A stretch of DNA of 56,489 nt from assembly GCA_029978585.1 (NCBI GenBank), contig JAPOJD010000001.1, positions 1-56,489 of the forward strand, written 5' to 3'. Positions 18,907-29,218 of this stretch are shown here, in pieces (position 1 is the first letter of the stretch; every line of letters begins with the position of its first letter). The notes below the pieces were generated by a model. The model was not told the origin of the DNA. It did not search any database and saw nothing but the letters and a program-made list of their open reading frames with translations. The translations under genes were made by a program, and so were the position numbers. This DNA comes from Actinomycetota bacterium (lineage in GTDB: Bacteria; Actinomycetota; Actinomycetes; S36-B12).

Positions 18907-19796
18907 GCGTTCGAGACGCCATCACCGAGGCGGGTTTCGGCGTCGGGTGGACGGCGATCAAGGCCATGCCGGACCCCGCGGCGCGACGCATGTTCGACGC
19001 CATCGCAGAGCGGACCTACTCCCGTCAGGGTCAGGGCGTGCGGCAGTTGCGCGCCAACCTCTCCCGGGTTATCGACGACGAGCAACTCCCCATGCTCGAC
19101 GACATCACACGGGACGCCGTGCACCGCTACATGCGGTACTGGTGCGAGACCTTCAGACTGCCGGCGTGGAGCCGCACCGAGGTCGTCGACCGATTCCTCG
19201 TCGAGGGCCGCGAGATCCTCGACAACCTGCAGTCCGAGGGCCGCGGAGCCATCATCGTCAGCCCCCACATGGGCAACTGGGACCACGCCGCTGCGTGGGC
19301 GGCCATCACGTACGGCGGTCTCGATACCGTCGTCGAACGCCTCAAGCCGGAGGGACTGTACGAGAAGTTCCTGGCGTATCGCCGCGGCCTGGGAATGGAT
19401 GTCCACCCGCTCGGCGACCCCGACATCGTGCGCGACCTCGCTCGAAGCCTGCAGCGCGGGCGGCTCGTCTGCCTCCTGGCTGATCGGGATCTTTCGCACG
19501 CGGGCGTTCCGGTGGACTTCTTCGGCGACCTGGCCACGATGCCCGCGGGGCCGGCCATGCTGTCGCTCATGACCGGCGCTCCGATCGTGCCTGTCGTCGT
19601 GTGGCACTCCGAACTCGGGACGCACGGTCGTATCGAGGAGCCCCTGGACCTGCCGTCGGAGGGGAGTCGGCGCGACCGTGTCCAGGCAATCACCCAGATG
19701 ATCGCCCATGCGTTCGAGCGTTCGATCGGCGCGCATCCGGCGGACTGGCACATGATGCAGCCCCTGTGGAGCGCCGACCTAGGCCCGCGCCGATGA
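18903..19796 (+). CDS. Phosphatidylinositol mannoside acyltransferase (LpxL/HtrB-like lysophospholipid acyltransferase family)
   Basis: HMGNWD catalytic motif. There is a 4-nt GTGA overlap with pgsA1. Conserved position between pgsA1 and pimA. Confidence 0.8.
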   Translation: MSVRDAITEAGFGVGWTAIKAMPDPAARRMFDAIAERTYSRQGQGVRQLRANLSRVIDDEQLPMLDDITRDAVHRYMRYWCETFRLPAWSRTEVVDRFLVEGREILDNLQSEGRGAIIVSPHMGNWDHAAAWAAITYGGLDTVVERLKPEGLYEKFLAYRRGLGMDVHPLGDPDIVRDLARSLQRGRLVCLLADRDLSHAGVPVDFFGDLATMPAGPAMLSLMTGAPIVPVVVWHSELGTHGRIEEPLDLPSEGSRRDRVQAITQMIAHAFERSIGAHPADWHMMQPLWSADLGPRR

Positions 19797-20971
19797 AGGT
19801 CGGGCTCGTCTGCCCCTACGCCTGGGACGTCCCCGGCGGTGTCCAGGCCCATGTGCGCGACCTCGCCGAGACGCTCATCGACCTCGGACACGAGGTGAGC
19901 GTCATGACACCGGTCGACGACCCCGCGACTCTGCCGGCATATGCCGTGGACGGGGGGCGACCCCGTGCGGTCCCCTACAACGGTTCCGTGGCACGGCTCA
20001 CCTTCGGAGTGGCCGCCACCGCCCGGGTGCGCCGATGGATCCGACGTGGCAGGTTCGATGTCCTGCACGTCCATGAGCCCGTGGCGCCGTCGCTCGGCAT
20101 CCTCGCGGTCTGGGCGGCGCGCGGACCGATCGTGGGGACGGTGCACTCGTCGATCTTCCGCTCGCGCGCACTGGTGACGGCGTACTACGTCGCGCAGACG
20201 GCCCTGGAGAAAGTCACGGCGCTCATCGCCGTCAGTGAGCACGCCCGGCGGACGATCGTGGACCATCTCGGCGGCGATGCGGTGCTCATCCCCAACGGCG
20301 TGCGGGTCCGGGCGTTCCGCGACGCGCACCCCATGTCAGGCCTTCCCGACGGCCCCAAGCTCGCCTTCCTCGGCCGGGTCCAGGAGCCGCGCAAGGGCCT
20401 CGCGGTCCTCCTGCGCGCGATGCCGGACATCCTGGCCCGCCATCCGAACGCGCACCTCCTCGTCATCGGCCCGGGAGACCTCGACGAAGTCCTCACCGGT
20501 CATCCCGAGGCCGTGCGGCAGAGCGTCGTGCCCCTGGGGCGCCTCGACGAGGTGGACAAGGCCTCCGCTCTCGCCGCGGCCGACGTCTACGTCGCACCGA
20601 ACACCGGGGGGGAGTCGTTCGGCATCGTCCTCCTCGAGGCGATGGCGGCGGGTACGCCCGTGGTTGCCAGCGACCTCGAGGCCTTCGAGCGGGTGCTCGA
20701 CGATGGGCGCGCGGGACTCACCTTCGCTGTGGGCGACAGCCGCGCGCTGGCCGTCCAGGTCTGCCGACTGCTCGACAGCGAGCAACTCAGGTCCGAGTTG
20801 TCGGTACTCGGCGGTGCCCGCGCCGACGAGTACGACTGGAACGCCGTCGCACGGGATGTCGTTGCGGTCTACGAGTCCGTGATGGCCGGATCCCAGGGCG
20901 TCACCGAGGACCTGAGAGGGCAGCTCGTGGGTCGTCTTGCTCGACCCCGCCCGTCCCGGGAGTCCACGTGA
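19793..20971 (+). CDS. pimA: GT4 glycosyltransferase, phosphatidyl-myo-inositol alpha-mannosyltransferase
   Basis: N-terminal MKVGLVCPYAWDVPGGVQAHV, C-terminal GESFGIVLLEAMAAGTPVVASD (EX7E region). ATGA overlap with the upstream gene. Confidence 0.85.
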   Translation: MKVGLVCPYAWDVPGGVQAHVRDLAETLIDLGHEVSVMTPVDDPATLPAYAVDGGRPRAVPYNGSVARLTFGVAATARVRRWIRRGRFDVLHVHEPVAPSLGILAVWAARGPIVGTVHSSIFRSRALVTAYYVAQTALEKVTALIAVSEHARRTIVDHLGGDAVLIPNGVRVRAFRDAHPMSGLPDGPKLAFLGRVQEPRKGLAVLLRAMPDILARHPNAHLLVIGPGDLDEVLTGHPEAVRQSVVPLGRLDEVDKASALAAADVYVAPNTGGESFGIVLLEAMAAGTPVVASDLEAFERVLDDGRAGLTFAVGDSRALAVQVCRLLDSEQLRSELSVLGGARADEYDWNAVARDVVAVYESVMAGSQGVTEDLRGQLVGRLARPRPSREST

Positions 20972-21516
20972 CCTGGGTGTGGGTCGCGGTGCTCCTCGGG
21001 GTCCTCGCGGTGTTCGGCCTCTACCTGAGCATGACCGCCGGCCGGCTCGACCGGTTGCACCGACGCGTGGACACGTCCGCGGCGGCGCTCGATGTCCAAC
21101 TGCTCCGGCGCTCGGCGCTGGCCCTCGACCTGGCCGGGACCGGTGTCTTCGACCCGGCGACCGCGGTCGTGGTCGGGGACAGCGCCCACCGTGCCCGCGC
21201 GGCCTCGGACGACGACCAGGTGAGCCGGGGCCTGGCCGAGAGCGACCTCAGCCGGGTCCTCGGGCTGGCGCTCCCGGACGAGGAGGAGGTAGGCGAACTG
21301 CGCGAGGACCCGGACGCCCGGGGGATGCTGGACGAGATGGCCGGGGCCTGCCTCCGGGTGCAGTTGGCCCGCCGATTCCACAACGACGCCGTCCGGGCGT
21401 GCCGGCAGGTGCGCCGCCAACGCGCCGTGAGGTGGTTCCGCCTCGCGGGGCACACCCCCCTTCCGCAGACGCTCGAGATGGACGACACGCCGCCGCCGGG
21501 CCTGCCTCCTCGCTGA
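20968..21516 (+). CDS. Hypothetical N-terminally membrane-anchored protein
   Basis: Single N-terminal TM (WVWVAVLLGVLAVFGLYL) followed by a helical Arg/Ala-rich domain. GTGA overlap with pimA. Confidence 0.5.
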   Translation: MTWVWVAVLLGVLAVFGLYLSMTAGRLDRLHRRVDTSAAALDVQLLRRSALALDLAGTGVFDPATAVVVGDSAHRARAASDDDQVSRGLAESDLSRVLGLALPDEEEVGELREDPDARGMLDEMAGACLRVQLARRFHNDAVRACRQVRRQRAVRWFRLAGHTPLPQTLEMDDTPPPGLPPR

Positions 21517-21537
21517 TCCGCGACGTACGGTGGTCGG

Positions 21538-22608
21538 GTGCTGTCCTCACGCCTCGTTGCCCTCGCCGTCGCCGCCGCCCTCCTCGCGGCCGGATGCTCG
21601 GGGGCCGATCAGGCGGCCGTGACCCCGAGTCCGTCCCCGACGCCCAGCCCGACCCCGAGCCCCACGCCCAGCCCGACGCCGAGCCCCACGCCCACCATGA
21701 CGCCCACGTCGCCCTATGGGATTCCCCCGGGCGCCTCCCCGCTGTCGGGCCGGCCCGGGGGAGCCGGCAAGCCGGTGCTTGCGGTGAAGATCGACAACAC
21801 CGCGTCTGCCCAGCCGCACACGGGGCTCGCTGCAGCGGACGTGGTCTATGTCCAGGAGGTCGAGGGCCAGCTCACCCGGCTCCTCGCGATCTTCTCCACG
21901 ACGTTGCCGAAGGAGATCGCCCCGGTGCGCTCAGCGCGGATCAGCGACATCGACATCCTCGCCAACTACGGCCGAGTTGCCTTCGCCTACTCGGGCGCCT
22001 CGGAGAAGACGCGTCGCCTTCTCGAGGCGGCGGACTACGTGAACGTGTCCGAGGAAGCAGGCGAGGAAGGCTGGTCGGTACAAACGTGGCGCACCGTGGG
22101 GTGGAACAACCACGTGATCGATACCGCGGCGATCATGGCTCGCGCGCCCGATGCCGCAGCGGCCAAGGACGTGGGGTTCGTCTTCTCCGAGGAGCCGCCT
22201 CCCGGTGGCCAGCCTGTTAAGGAGTTGAAGGCTGCCTACGGGGCCTCCACGGTGACCTTCACCTGGGACCCTGAGGCCGGGGGCTACCGGATCAGCATGG
22301 ACGGCTCGCCGGAGAAGTCCACCGACGACAGCGTGCCGCTCGCCGCCACCGTGGTCCTTCAGGAGGTCGTCCAGAAGGACTCCGGCCTCGGAGATCGCTA
22401 CGGCGGGATCACCCCGGAGATCGAGACGGTAGGCAAGGGCACGGCCCTGGTCTTGCGGGACGGGCGGATGTGGACGGTCACCTGGGAACGTCCCACCCCG
22501 GACTCGGTGACCAGATTCCAGATGGCGGACGGGACCCCGATGCCCTTCGCGATCGGCCAGGAGTGGATCGTGCTCCTCGACAAGGAGCGCACGCCCACCA
22601 TCAAGTAG
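21538..22608 (+). CDS. DUF3048-like secreted lipoprotein with (PSPT)n linker
   Basis: Signal and lipobox LLAAGCS. The SPSPTPSPTPSPTPSPTPSPTP linker is encoded by tandem 12-nt repeats (about 21622-21715). Core PVLAVKIDNTASAQPHTGL...VVYVQEVEG resembles DUF3048. Confidence 0.65.
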   Translation: MLSSRLVALAVAAALLAAGCSGADQAAVTPSPSPTPSPTPSPTPSPTPSPTPTMTPTSPYGIPPGASPLSGRPGGAGKPVLAVKIDNTASAQPHTGLAAADVVYVQEVEGQLTRLLAIFSTTLPKEIAPVRSARISDIDILANYGRVAFAYSGASEKTRRLLEAADYVNVSEEAGEEGWSVQTWRTVGWNNHVIDTAAIMARAPDAAAAKDVGFVFSEEPPPGGQPVKELKAAYGASTVTFTWDPEAGGYRISMDGSPEKSTDDSVPLAATVVLQEVVQKDSGLGDRYGGITPEIETVGKGTALVLRDGRMWTVTWERPTPDSVTRFQMADGTPMPFAIGQEWIVLLDKERTPTIK

Positions 22609-22642
22609 GGCGACCCAGTAGGGCGACCCAGTAGGGCGACCG
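22604..22642. repeat. Three tandem 13-bp units AGTAGGGCGACCC/AGTAGGGCGACCC/AGTAGGGCGACCG spanning the stop codon of the upstream gene
   Basis: Read directly. TAG occurs at 22606, 22619 and 22632, one in each reading frame. Confidence 0.9.
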
Positions 22643-22753
22643 GGACCCGCGGCCCGGGGCGCGGGGTGCCACGGTGCCGGAAGGCGCCGAGGCCACTAGC
22701 ATGGCCTCACGACGTGGCGATCGGCCACGCCGTTCAGGCCCTCGGAGGATCCC

Positions 22754-23653
22754 GTGTCCACCACCTCGCAGCACCTCACCGGCACGACGCGCGTGAAGCG
22801 CGGCATGGCCGAGATGCTCAAGGGCGGCGTCATCATGGACGTCGTCACGCCTGAGCAGGCAAAGATCGCGGAGGACGCGGGCGCCGTGGCCGTCATGGCC
22901 CTCGAGCGGGTCCCGGCCGACATCAGGGCCGAGGGCGGCGTCGCGCGGATGTCCGACCCGGACATGATCCAGGGCATCATCGACGCGGTGACGATTCCCG
23001 TCATGGCCAAGGCGCGGATCGGTCACTTCGCGGAGGCCCAGGTCATCCAGTCGCTCGGCGTGGACTACATCGACGAGTCCGAGGTGCTCACCCCGGCGGA
23101 CTACGCCAACCACATCGACAAGTGGCAATTCACCGTTCCCTTCGTCTGCGGGGCCACGAATCTCGGTGAGGCGCTGCGCCGGATCACCGAGGGCGCGGCG
23201 ATGATCCGGTCCAAGGGTGAGGCCGGCACCGGCGACGTCTCCAACGCGGTCACGCACATGCGCCGCATCCGCGACGAAATCCGCCGGCTGTCCTCGCTGC
23301 CCGAAGACGAGCTCTACGTCGCTGCTAAGGAGTTGCAGGCGCCGTACGACCTCGTGGTCGAAGTCGCTCGGGCCGGGCAGCTCCCCGTTGTGCTCTTCAC
23401 CGCCGGCGGCATCGCCACGCCCGCGGACGCAGCGATGATGATGCAGCTCGGTGCCGAGGGAGTGTTCGTCGGCTCCGGGATCTTCAAGTCCGGTGATCCG
23501 GCCAAGCGCGCCGACGCGATCGTCCAGGCGACCCGCCACTACCAGGACCCTGACATCGTCGCGAAGGTCTCCCGGGGTCTCGGCGAGGCCATGGTCGGCA
23601 TCAATGTGGCCGATATCCCTGTCCACCATCGGCTCGAAGACCGGGGCTGGTGA
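22754..23653 (+). CDS. pdxS: Pyridoxal 5'-phosphate synthase lyase subunit
   Basis: Near-canonical PdxS sequence ([43 protein letters not shown]). GTG preceded by GGAGG. Confidence 0.93.
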   Translation: MSTTSQHLTGTTRVKRGMAEMLKGGVIMDVVTPEQAKIAEDAGAVAVMALERVPADIRAEGGVARMSDPDMIQGIIDAVTIPVMAKARIGHFAEAQVIQSLGVDYIDESEVLTPADYANHIDKWQFTVPFVCGATNLGEALRRITEGAAMIRSKGEAGTGDVSNAVTHMRRIRDEIRRLSSLPEDELYVAAKELQAPYDLVVEVARAGQLPVVLFTAGGIATPADAAMMMQLGAEGVFVGSGIFKSGDPAKRADAIVQATRHYQDPDIVAKVSRGLGEAMVGINVADIPVHHRLEDRGW

Positions 23654-24261
23654 CTGCGGCGCCACGCATCGGTGTCCTCGCCATCCAAGGCGATGTCCGT
23701 GAGCACATGCGCGCCCTCGAACTCGCCGGCGCGGACCCTGTCCCGGTCGGCGATGCCAGGGGCCTGGCGGGCGTACAGGGCCTGGTCATCCCCGGCGGGG
23801 AATCCACGACGATGTCGAAGATCTCCGTGCGGGACGGGCTGATCGGCCCGCTCCGAGAGGCGCGCGCGGCGGGAATGCCGATGTACGGGTCGTGCGCCGG
23901 CATGATCATGCTGGCCGATCGGGTCCTGGACGCGCGTCCGGATCAGGAGTTCATCGGCGGACTCGACATCACCGTTCGACGCAATGCCTTCGGGCGCCAG
24001 GTCGATTCCTTCGAGGCGGATATCCAGCTGGATTCCCTCGGATCGGGGCAGCCGCTCGTTGCGGTGTTCATCCGGGCGCCATGGGTCGAGTCCGTAGGTC
24101 CGGAGGTGGAGGTCCTCGGGCGGCTTCCCTGCGAAGGGGCCCCCGATACCATCGTCGCCGTCAGGCAGGGTCCCCTCATGGCCACCGCGTTCCACCCGGA
24201 ACTCACCGGTGACCTGCGGGTTCACGCGCTCTTCGCGGGGATGGTGAGGCAGGCATCATGA
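23650..24261 (+). CDS. pdxT: Pyridoxal 5'-phosphate synthase glutaminase subunit
   Basis: [25 protein letters not shown] (catalytic Cys), FHPE. GTGA overlap with pdxS. Confidence 0.9.
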   Translation: MTAAPRIGVLAIQGDVREHMRALELAGADPVPVGDARGLAGVQGLVIPGGESTTMSKISVRDGLIGPLREARAAGMPMYGSCAGMIMLADRVLDARPDQEFIGGLDITVRRNAFGRQVDSFEADIQLDSLGSGQPLVAVFIRAPWVESVGPEVEVLGRLPCEGAPDTIVAVRQGPLMATAFHPELTGDLRVHALFAGMVRQAS

Positions 24262-25016
24262 GCGGTCACTCCAAGTGGGCGACCACGAAGCACAAGAAGG
24301 CGGTCGTCGACGCCAAGAGAGGCAAGCTCTTCGCGCGTCTCATCAAGAACATCGAGGTGGCGGCTCGGCAGGGGGGCGGCGACCCCGCCGGCAACCCGAC
24401 CCTGTACGACGCCATCCAGAAGGCCCGGAAGAGCTCCGTCCCGCTCGACAACATCGAGCGAGCCGTCAAGCGCGGATCGGGTGCCGAGGCGGGCGGGGCC
24501 GACTACCAGACGATCATGTACGAGGGCTACGGGCCGCAAGGAGTGGCCGTCCTCGTGGAGTGCCTCACCGATAACCGCAATCGGGCGGCATCGGAGGTTC
24601 GGGTCGCGATGACCCGCAATGGCGGCAGCATGGCCGACCCGGGCTCCGTCTCGTACCTGTTCTCCCGCAAGGGGGTTGTCATGGTGCCGGCGGGCGATGG
24701 AGTCGACGAGGACGCCATCCTCTCGGCGGTTCTCGAAGCCGGTGCCGAAGAGGTCAACGATCTCGATGGCGTCTTCGAGGTGCTTTCGGAGGCCGGGGAT
24801 GTCGTGGCGGTGCGCACGGCACTGCAGGACGCGGGGATCGACTATGACTCCGCCGAGGCGACCTTCGTCCCGAGCGTTCAGGTGCCGGTCGACGAGGACA
24901 CCGCCCGCAAGGTCTTCCGGCTGGTGGACGCCCTCGAGGACAGCGATGACGTACAGGGCGTCTACACCAATGTGGACATCAGTGACGAGGTGCTCGCCCG
25001 CCTGGACTCCGAGTAG
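24258..25016 (+). CDS. yebC: YebC/PmpR family DNA-binding transcriptional regulator
   Basis: [23 protein letters not shown] and [18 protein letters not shown] overlap with pdxT. Confidence 0.9.
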   Translation: MSGHSKWATTKHKKAVVDAKRGKLFARLIKNIEVAARQGGGDPAGNPTLYDAIQKARKSSVPLDNIERAVKRGSGAEAGGADYQTIMYEGYGPQGVAVLVECLTDNRNRAASEVRVAMTRNGGSMADPGSVSYLFSRKGVVMVPAGDGVDEDAILSAVLEAGAEEVNDLDGVFEVLSEAGDVVAVRTALQDAGIDYDSAEATFVPSVQVPVDEDTARKVFRLVDALEDSDDVQGVYTNVDISDEVLARLDSE

Positions 25017-25054
25017 TCCGGACCGAGACGGCAACGAGCGATCACGGAGGGGCG

Positions 25055-26536
25055 ATGACCGAGGCAACGGGGCGCCAGCTGACGGGATGGGACGCGGCCA
25101 CGTGGCGCACCGCCGCGGGCGATCCATCCCTGCGCTCGACCGTCGTGGCCCTCGTGCTGCTTGACCGCGCCCCCTCGTGGAAGCGCCTGCGGGCGCGGGT
25201 CGAACGGCTGACCTGCGTCGTGCCGGTCCTGCGGCAGCGCCCCATCAGGGGCATCTTCGGAGTGGCCTCGCCGCGCCTGGCCACGGACCCCGACTTCGAC
25301 CTCGACCTTCACCTTCGTCGCATGCGCCTGCCCGGTCGAGGGTCCTGGGCGGCGCTCATGGACGAGGCCCGCCGGCTCAGCCTCACCGACTTCGATCGCG
25401 ACCGGCCGCTGTGGGAGATGGTGCTGGTCGAGGGCCTGCCCGGGAAGCGAGCGGCCCTGCTCCTCAAGTTGCACCACTCCATCGCGGACGGCCAGGCCAC
25501 GGTGCTCATCGGACTGTCCCTCTTCGAGTTGGGCCCGGAGCCCAACCCCGACGAGCCTCCGGCCCCGCCGCCACCTGACGCGAAGGAATCCTCCCAGCAG
25601 GACGTGAGCCTCGCGGACATCTCCGACAACGTTCGGCGCGGGGTCGCCGCGGCCGAGCATCTGGTCGCCGTCGTGGCCGAACTGGCGCGGGGAACCTTGA
25701 CCGATCCGGTGAGCACGTGGTCCTCGGCCTTGTCGACCCTCGCGTCCGTGGGGCGCTTCGCCGCGGTGCCGGACGGGCCGCTCTCCCCCCTCATGACCGC
25801 GCGTGGCACCACGTACCACTTCGGGGCCTTCGACCTTCCGTTCTCGGGACTTCGCTCCGCGGCCAAGAGTCGCGGACGCAGTGTCAACGATGCCTTCATG
25901 GCGGCGGTGGGACTGGGCCTGGAGCGCTACCACGTGAGGCACGGTGCCATTGCGGACGACCTGAGGTTCAACGTCCCGATCAGCCTGCGTGGGGACCCGG
26001 GCGACCGCTCCGCCCAGGCGTCCAACGCCGTCACCATCGCGCGATTCACGCTGCCGGTCGCGGGTCTCACCGTCGAGGAGCGAATGGACGCTGCCCACGC
26101 GCGAGTGGAGTCCTGGCGCCGCGAGCCCGCCTTGCGCCTGGCCGACCCATTGGCCGAGGTGAGCTGGCTGGTGCCCGTACCGGTCCTCGCCCAGGCGGCT
26201 CGCGCCAGCGACGTCACGACATCCAACGTGCCCGGGCCTCCGATCCCGCTCTATCTGGCCGGGGTGCGCATCGTGGGCATGTACCCCCTTGTCGCGACCA
26301 TCGGAGCGGCCGTCAACGTCACCATGGTGACCTATGACGGCTCGGCTTTCGTAGGCGTCTCCGCCGATGATCGAGCCGTCCCCGACCTCCAGGATCTCCT
26401 CGATGACCTGCGATCGGGCTTCGCAACCGTCTCCGACGCTCCCGTGGGCCCGACGGACCCCCTGTCCAGGCCGGGCGCCGGAGACGGCACGCCGAAGGCC
26501 CGCACGGTGCGCGAAGTGGAGCAGGGGGAGCGTTAG
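25055..26536 (+). CDS. Wax ester synthase / diacylglycerol acyltransferase (WS/DGAT) family protein
   Basis: Catalytic HHSIADGQ motif, NDAFMAAV, SNVPGPP near the C-terminus. Length 493 aa. Confidence 0.8.
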   Translation: MTEATGRQLTGWDAATWRTAAGDPSLRSTVVALVLLDRAPSWKRLRARVERLTCVVPVLRQRPIRGIFGVASPRLATDPDFDLDLHLRRMRLPGRGSWAALMDEARRLSLTDFDRDRPLWEMVLVEGLPGKRAALLLKLHHSIADGQATVLIGLSLFELGPEPNPDEPPAPPPPDAKESSQQDVSLADISDNVRRGVAAAEHLVAVVAELARGTLTDPVSTWSSALSTLASVGRFAAVPDGPLSPLMTARGTTYHFGAFDLPFSGLRSAAKSRGRSVNDAFMAAVGLGLERYHVRHGAIADDLRFNVPISLRGDPGDRSAQASNAVTIARFTLPVAGLTVEERMDAAHARVESWRREPALRLADPLAEVSWLVPVPVLAQAARASDVTTSNVPGPPIPLYLAGVRIVGMYPLVATIGAAVNVTMVTYDGSAFVGVSADDRAVPDLQDLLDDLRSGFATVSDAPVGPTDPLSRPGAGDGTPKARTVREVEQGER

Positions 26537-26539
26537 CCT

Positions 26540-26555
26540 TCGCACAGGTGTTCGC
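26540..26555. promoter_or_regulatory. Candidate LexA (SOS) box TCGCAC-AGGT-GTTCGC upstream of ruvC
   Basis: Matches 10 of 12 specified positions of the actinobacterial consensus TCGAAC-N4-GTTCGA. Lies 35-50 nt upstream of the ruvC start. Confidence 0.45.
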
Positions 26556-26589
26556 ATCGCTGGGCGATGCCGTCTGACCAGGAGGGCCC

Positions 26590-27114
26590 GTGCGCGTGAT
26601 GGGGGTCGACCCTGGCCTCACTCGCTGCGGCGTGGGCGTCGTCGAAGGCGAGCCCGGCCGGACCCTGCGTGCGGTGCACGTGTCCGTGGTCCGCACCTCC
26701 CCAGACCTGCCCCTGGAGCAGAGGCTGACCCTTCTCGACGAGGCCCTCGCGGGGCTCATCGCGACTCATGAGCCCGAGGCGCTAGCTGTCGAGAGAGTGT
26801 TCAGCCAGCACAACCTGCGCACCGTGATGGGAACCGCCCAGGCGGGCGCTGTCGCGATCCTGGCGGCGGGGCGCCTGGGCCTGCCGGTGTGCCTGCGGAC
26901 CCCATCCGAGGTCAAGGCGGCCGTCACGGGCAACGGGCGAGCGGACAAGGCCCAGGTCACCGCCATGGTGGCCCGGCTGCTTCACCTGCCCGGCGTCATC
27001 AAGCCGCCGGACGCGGCCGACGCCCTTGCCTTGGCCATCACCGAGATCTGGCGTGGCCAGTCGGAGCGACGGCGTGAAGCGGCCCTGGCACGGGTCTCCC
27101 ACGGGAACCACTGA
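26590..27114 (+). CDS. ruvC: Crossover junction endodeoxyribonuclease RuvC
   Basis: [18 protein letters not shown] and catalytic acidic residues (DPG, ERVF, DAADALA). AGGAGG lies 4 nt upstream of the GTG. Confidence 0.9.
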   Translation: MRVMGVDPGLTRCGVGVVEGEPGRTLRAVHVSVVRTSPDLPLEQRLTLLDEALAGLIATHEPEALAVERVFSQHNLRTVMGTAQAGAVAILAAGRLGLPVCLRTPSEVKAAVTGNGRADKAQVTAMVARLLHLPGVIKPPDAADALALAITEIWRGQSERRREAALARVSHGNH

Positions 27115-27704
27115 TGATCGCGTCGCTGCGCGGGATCGTCGCCGTCGTGCGGGATTCGTCGGTCATCATCGAAGTCGGCGGCGTGGGCATCCTCGCGCAC
27201 TGCACTCCCGACACTGCCCGGACCGTACGGATCGGAGAGCCGGTCACGCTTCACACCACCCTCGTCGTGCGCGAGGATTCCCTCACCCTCTACGGCTTCT
27301 CCGACGCCGATCAGCGCGACGTGTTCGAGGCCGTCCAGACGGTCTCGGGGGTGGGCCCGCGGATTGCGCTCGCGGCGCTGTCGACGCTCACGCCCGATGA
27401 CCTTCGCAGGGCGGTCTCGCGGGGCGACACCGCTCGCCTCACGACCGTGCCGGGCATCGGGCGCAAGGGTGCCGAGCGCCTCATCCTCGAACTCCGCGAC
27501 CGACTGGCCCCTCCGGCAGCGGACTCCGGCGTCTCGGCAGAAGGCTGGCGCGACGATGTCCGGTCGGGCCTGGAGTCCCTCGGATGGTCGGCGAGAGAAG
27601 CGGATGCCGCCCTCTCGGCTGTCGAGCCGCTGGCCCGAGAGCAGGGGGCACCGGATGTGGCGGCCCTTCTCAAGGCGGCATTGCAGACCCTGGACCGCGG
27701 GTGA
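27114..27704 (+). CDS. ruvA: Holliday junction branch migration complex subunit RuvA
   Basis: MIASLRG, HhH motifs ([23 protein letters not shown]). 1-nt overlap with ruvC. Confidence 0.9.
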   Translation: MIASLRGIVAVVRDSSVIIEVGGVGILAHCTPDTARTVRIGEPVTLHTTLVVREDSLTLYGFSDADQRDVFEAVQTVSGVGPRIALAALSTLTPDDLRRAVSRGDTARLTTVPGIGRKGAERLILELRDRLAPPAADSGVSAEGWRDDVRSGLESLGWSAREADAALSAVEPLAREQGAPDVAALLKAALQTLDRG

Positions 27705-28777
27705 ACGGCGACGATTCAGGTCTCGGTGAGGACCGACTCGTCGCCGCCGAGGCCGATCTTGACGACCGCGTCGTCGAGGGCGCGCTTCGGCCGACTCGCC
27801 TCGACGAGTTCATCGGGCAGGAGCGCGTGCGCGCGCAACTCGGCCTCGTGCTGGAAGCCGCGCGCCGTCGTGGGGGAACCGCCGATCATGTGCTGCTGTC
27901 CGGGCCCCCCGGGCTCGGCAAGACGACGCTCGCCACGATCATCGCCCGCGAGTTGGATGCGCCGCTGAGGATCACGAGTGGCCCGGCCGTCCAACACGCC
28001 GGGGACCTGGCGGCCATCCTGTCCAGCCTTCAGCCGGGCGAGGTGCTCTTCCTCGACGAGATCCACCGAACCGCCCGGCCCGCTGAGGAGATGCTCTACC
28101 TGGCAATGGAGGACTTCCGTGTCGATGTGGTCATCGGCAAGGGTCCGGGTGCCACCGCCGTGCCCCTCGAACTGCCCCCGTTCACGCTCGTCGCCGCGAC
28201 CACACGCGCGGGGCTGCTGCCCGGTCCACTGCGTGACCGCTTCGGTTTCACCGCGCACCTGGACTTCTACGACCCCGAGGATCTACTCGCGATCATCGAC
28301 CGATCCGCGCACATCATCGGGGTGTCGGTTGATCGAGCGGGCGCGCAGGAGATCGCACGGCGCTCGCGGGGGACGCCACGGATCGCCAACCGTCTGCTGC
28401 GGCGTGTGCGCGACTATGCCCAGGTGCACGGCGACGGGAGGCTCGACCTGGACACCGCTCGAGCCGCGCTGGACCTGTACGAGGTCGATGGCCTGGGGTT
28501 GGACCGCCTGGATCGCGCGGTTCTCGACGCGGTCGTGGTGAGGTTCGGGGGCGGACCCGTCGGACTGTCCACGCTCGCGGTGGCGGTGGGGGAGGAGACC
28601 GAGACCGTGGAGTCCGTCGCGGAGCCCTTCCTGGTGCGCTGCGGGCTGCTCGTGCGCACCCCGCGGGGCAGGGTGGCCACCCCGGCGGCGTGGACCCACC
28701 TCGGACTCGGCGTCCCGCCTCGGTCGGGCATTGGGGGCCAGCCCCCCTTGGACTTCGGCACCGGTGACTCGACGTGA
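27701..28777 (+). CDS. ruvB: Holliday junction branch migration DNA helicase RuvB
   Basis: [12 protein letters not shown], Walker [10 protein letters not shown], Walker [28 protein letters not shown] overlap with ruvA. Confidence 0.92.
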   Translation: MNGDDSGLGEDRLVAAEADLDDRVVEGALRPTRLDEFIGQERVRAQLGLVLEAARRRGGTADHVLLSGPPGLGKTTLATIIARELDAPLRITSGPAVQHAGDLAAILSSLQPGEVLFLDEIHRTARPAEEMLYLAMEDFRVDVVIGKGPGATAVPLELPPFTLVAATTRAGLLPGPLRDRFGFTAHLDFYDPEDLLAIIDRSAHIIGVSVDRAGAQEIARRSRGTPRIANRLLRRVRDYAQVHGDGRLDLDTARAALDLYEVDGLGLDRLDRAVLDAVVVRFGGGPVGLSTLAVAVGEETETVESVAEPFLVRCGLLVRTPRGRVATPAAWTHLGLGVPPRSGIGGQPPLDFGTGDST

Positions 28778-28867
28778 GGTCCGCGGGGCCCGCCGGATAG
28801 GCTCAGGGGCCGTTGCGCCCGGGAACCCGGTAGCGCCCCAGCAGTGCCCGACGAGGGAGGAGGAGCG

Positions 28868-29191
28868 ATGGAAGGCCTGACCACCCTGCTGCCGATTCTC
28901 CTCATCGGCGTCGTGTTCTACCTCCTCATCATGCGCCCGGCCCGGAACCGGCAGAAGCGCCAGCAGGAGATGCTGACGACGGTGCAGCCGGGTACCCGCA
29001 TCATGACGACGGCAGGGATGTACGGAACCGTCGTCGAAGTCGAGGACGAGGACATCTCCGTGGAGTTAGCCCCCGGGGTGACGATCCGCATGGTGAAGGC
29101 GGCCATCGGCCGCGTGCTCACTGAGCCGGAGTCCCCGGAGTTGGAGCCCGGCCCCTCGTCATCTCAGAGCACGCCCGACGACCCCTCCTGA
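28868..29191 (+). CDS. yajC: Preprotein translocase subunit YajC
   Basis: Single TM LLPILLIGVVFYLLIMRPARNRQKR plus a beta C-terminal domain. The ATG at 28868 follows GGAGGAGGAG. Confidence 0.85.
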   Translation: MEGLTTLLPILLIGVVFYLLIMRPARNRQKRQQEMLTTVQPGTRIMTTAGMYGTVVEVEDEDISVELAPGVTIRMVKAAIGRVLTEPESPELEPGPSSSQSTPDDPS

Positions 29192-29218
29192 CCCACCGCC
29201 CCTGACCAGAGGACCACA

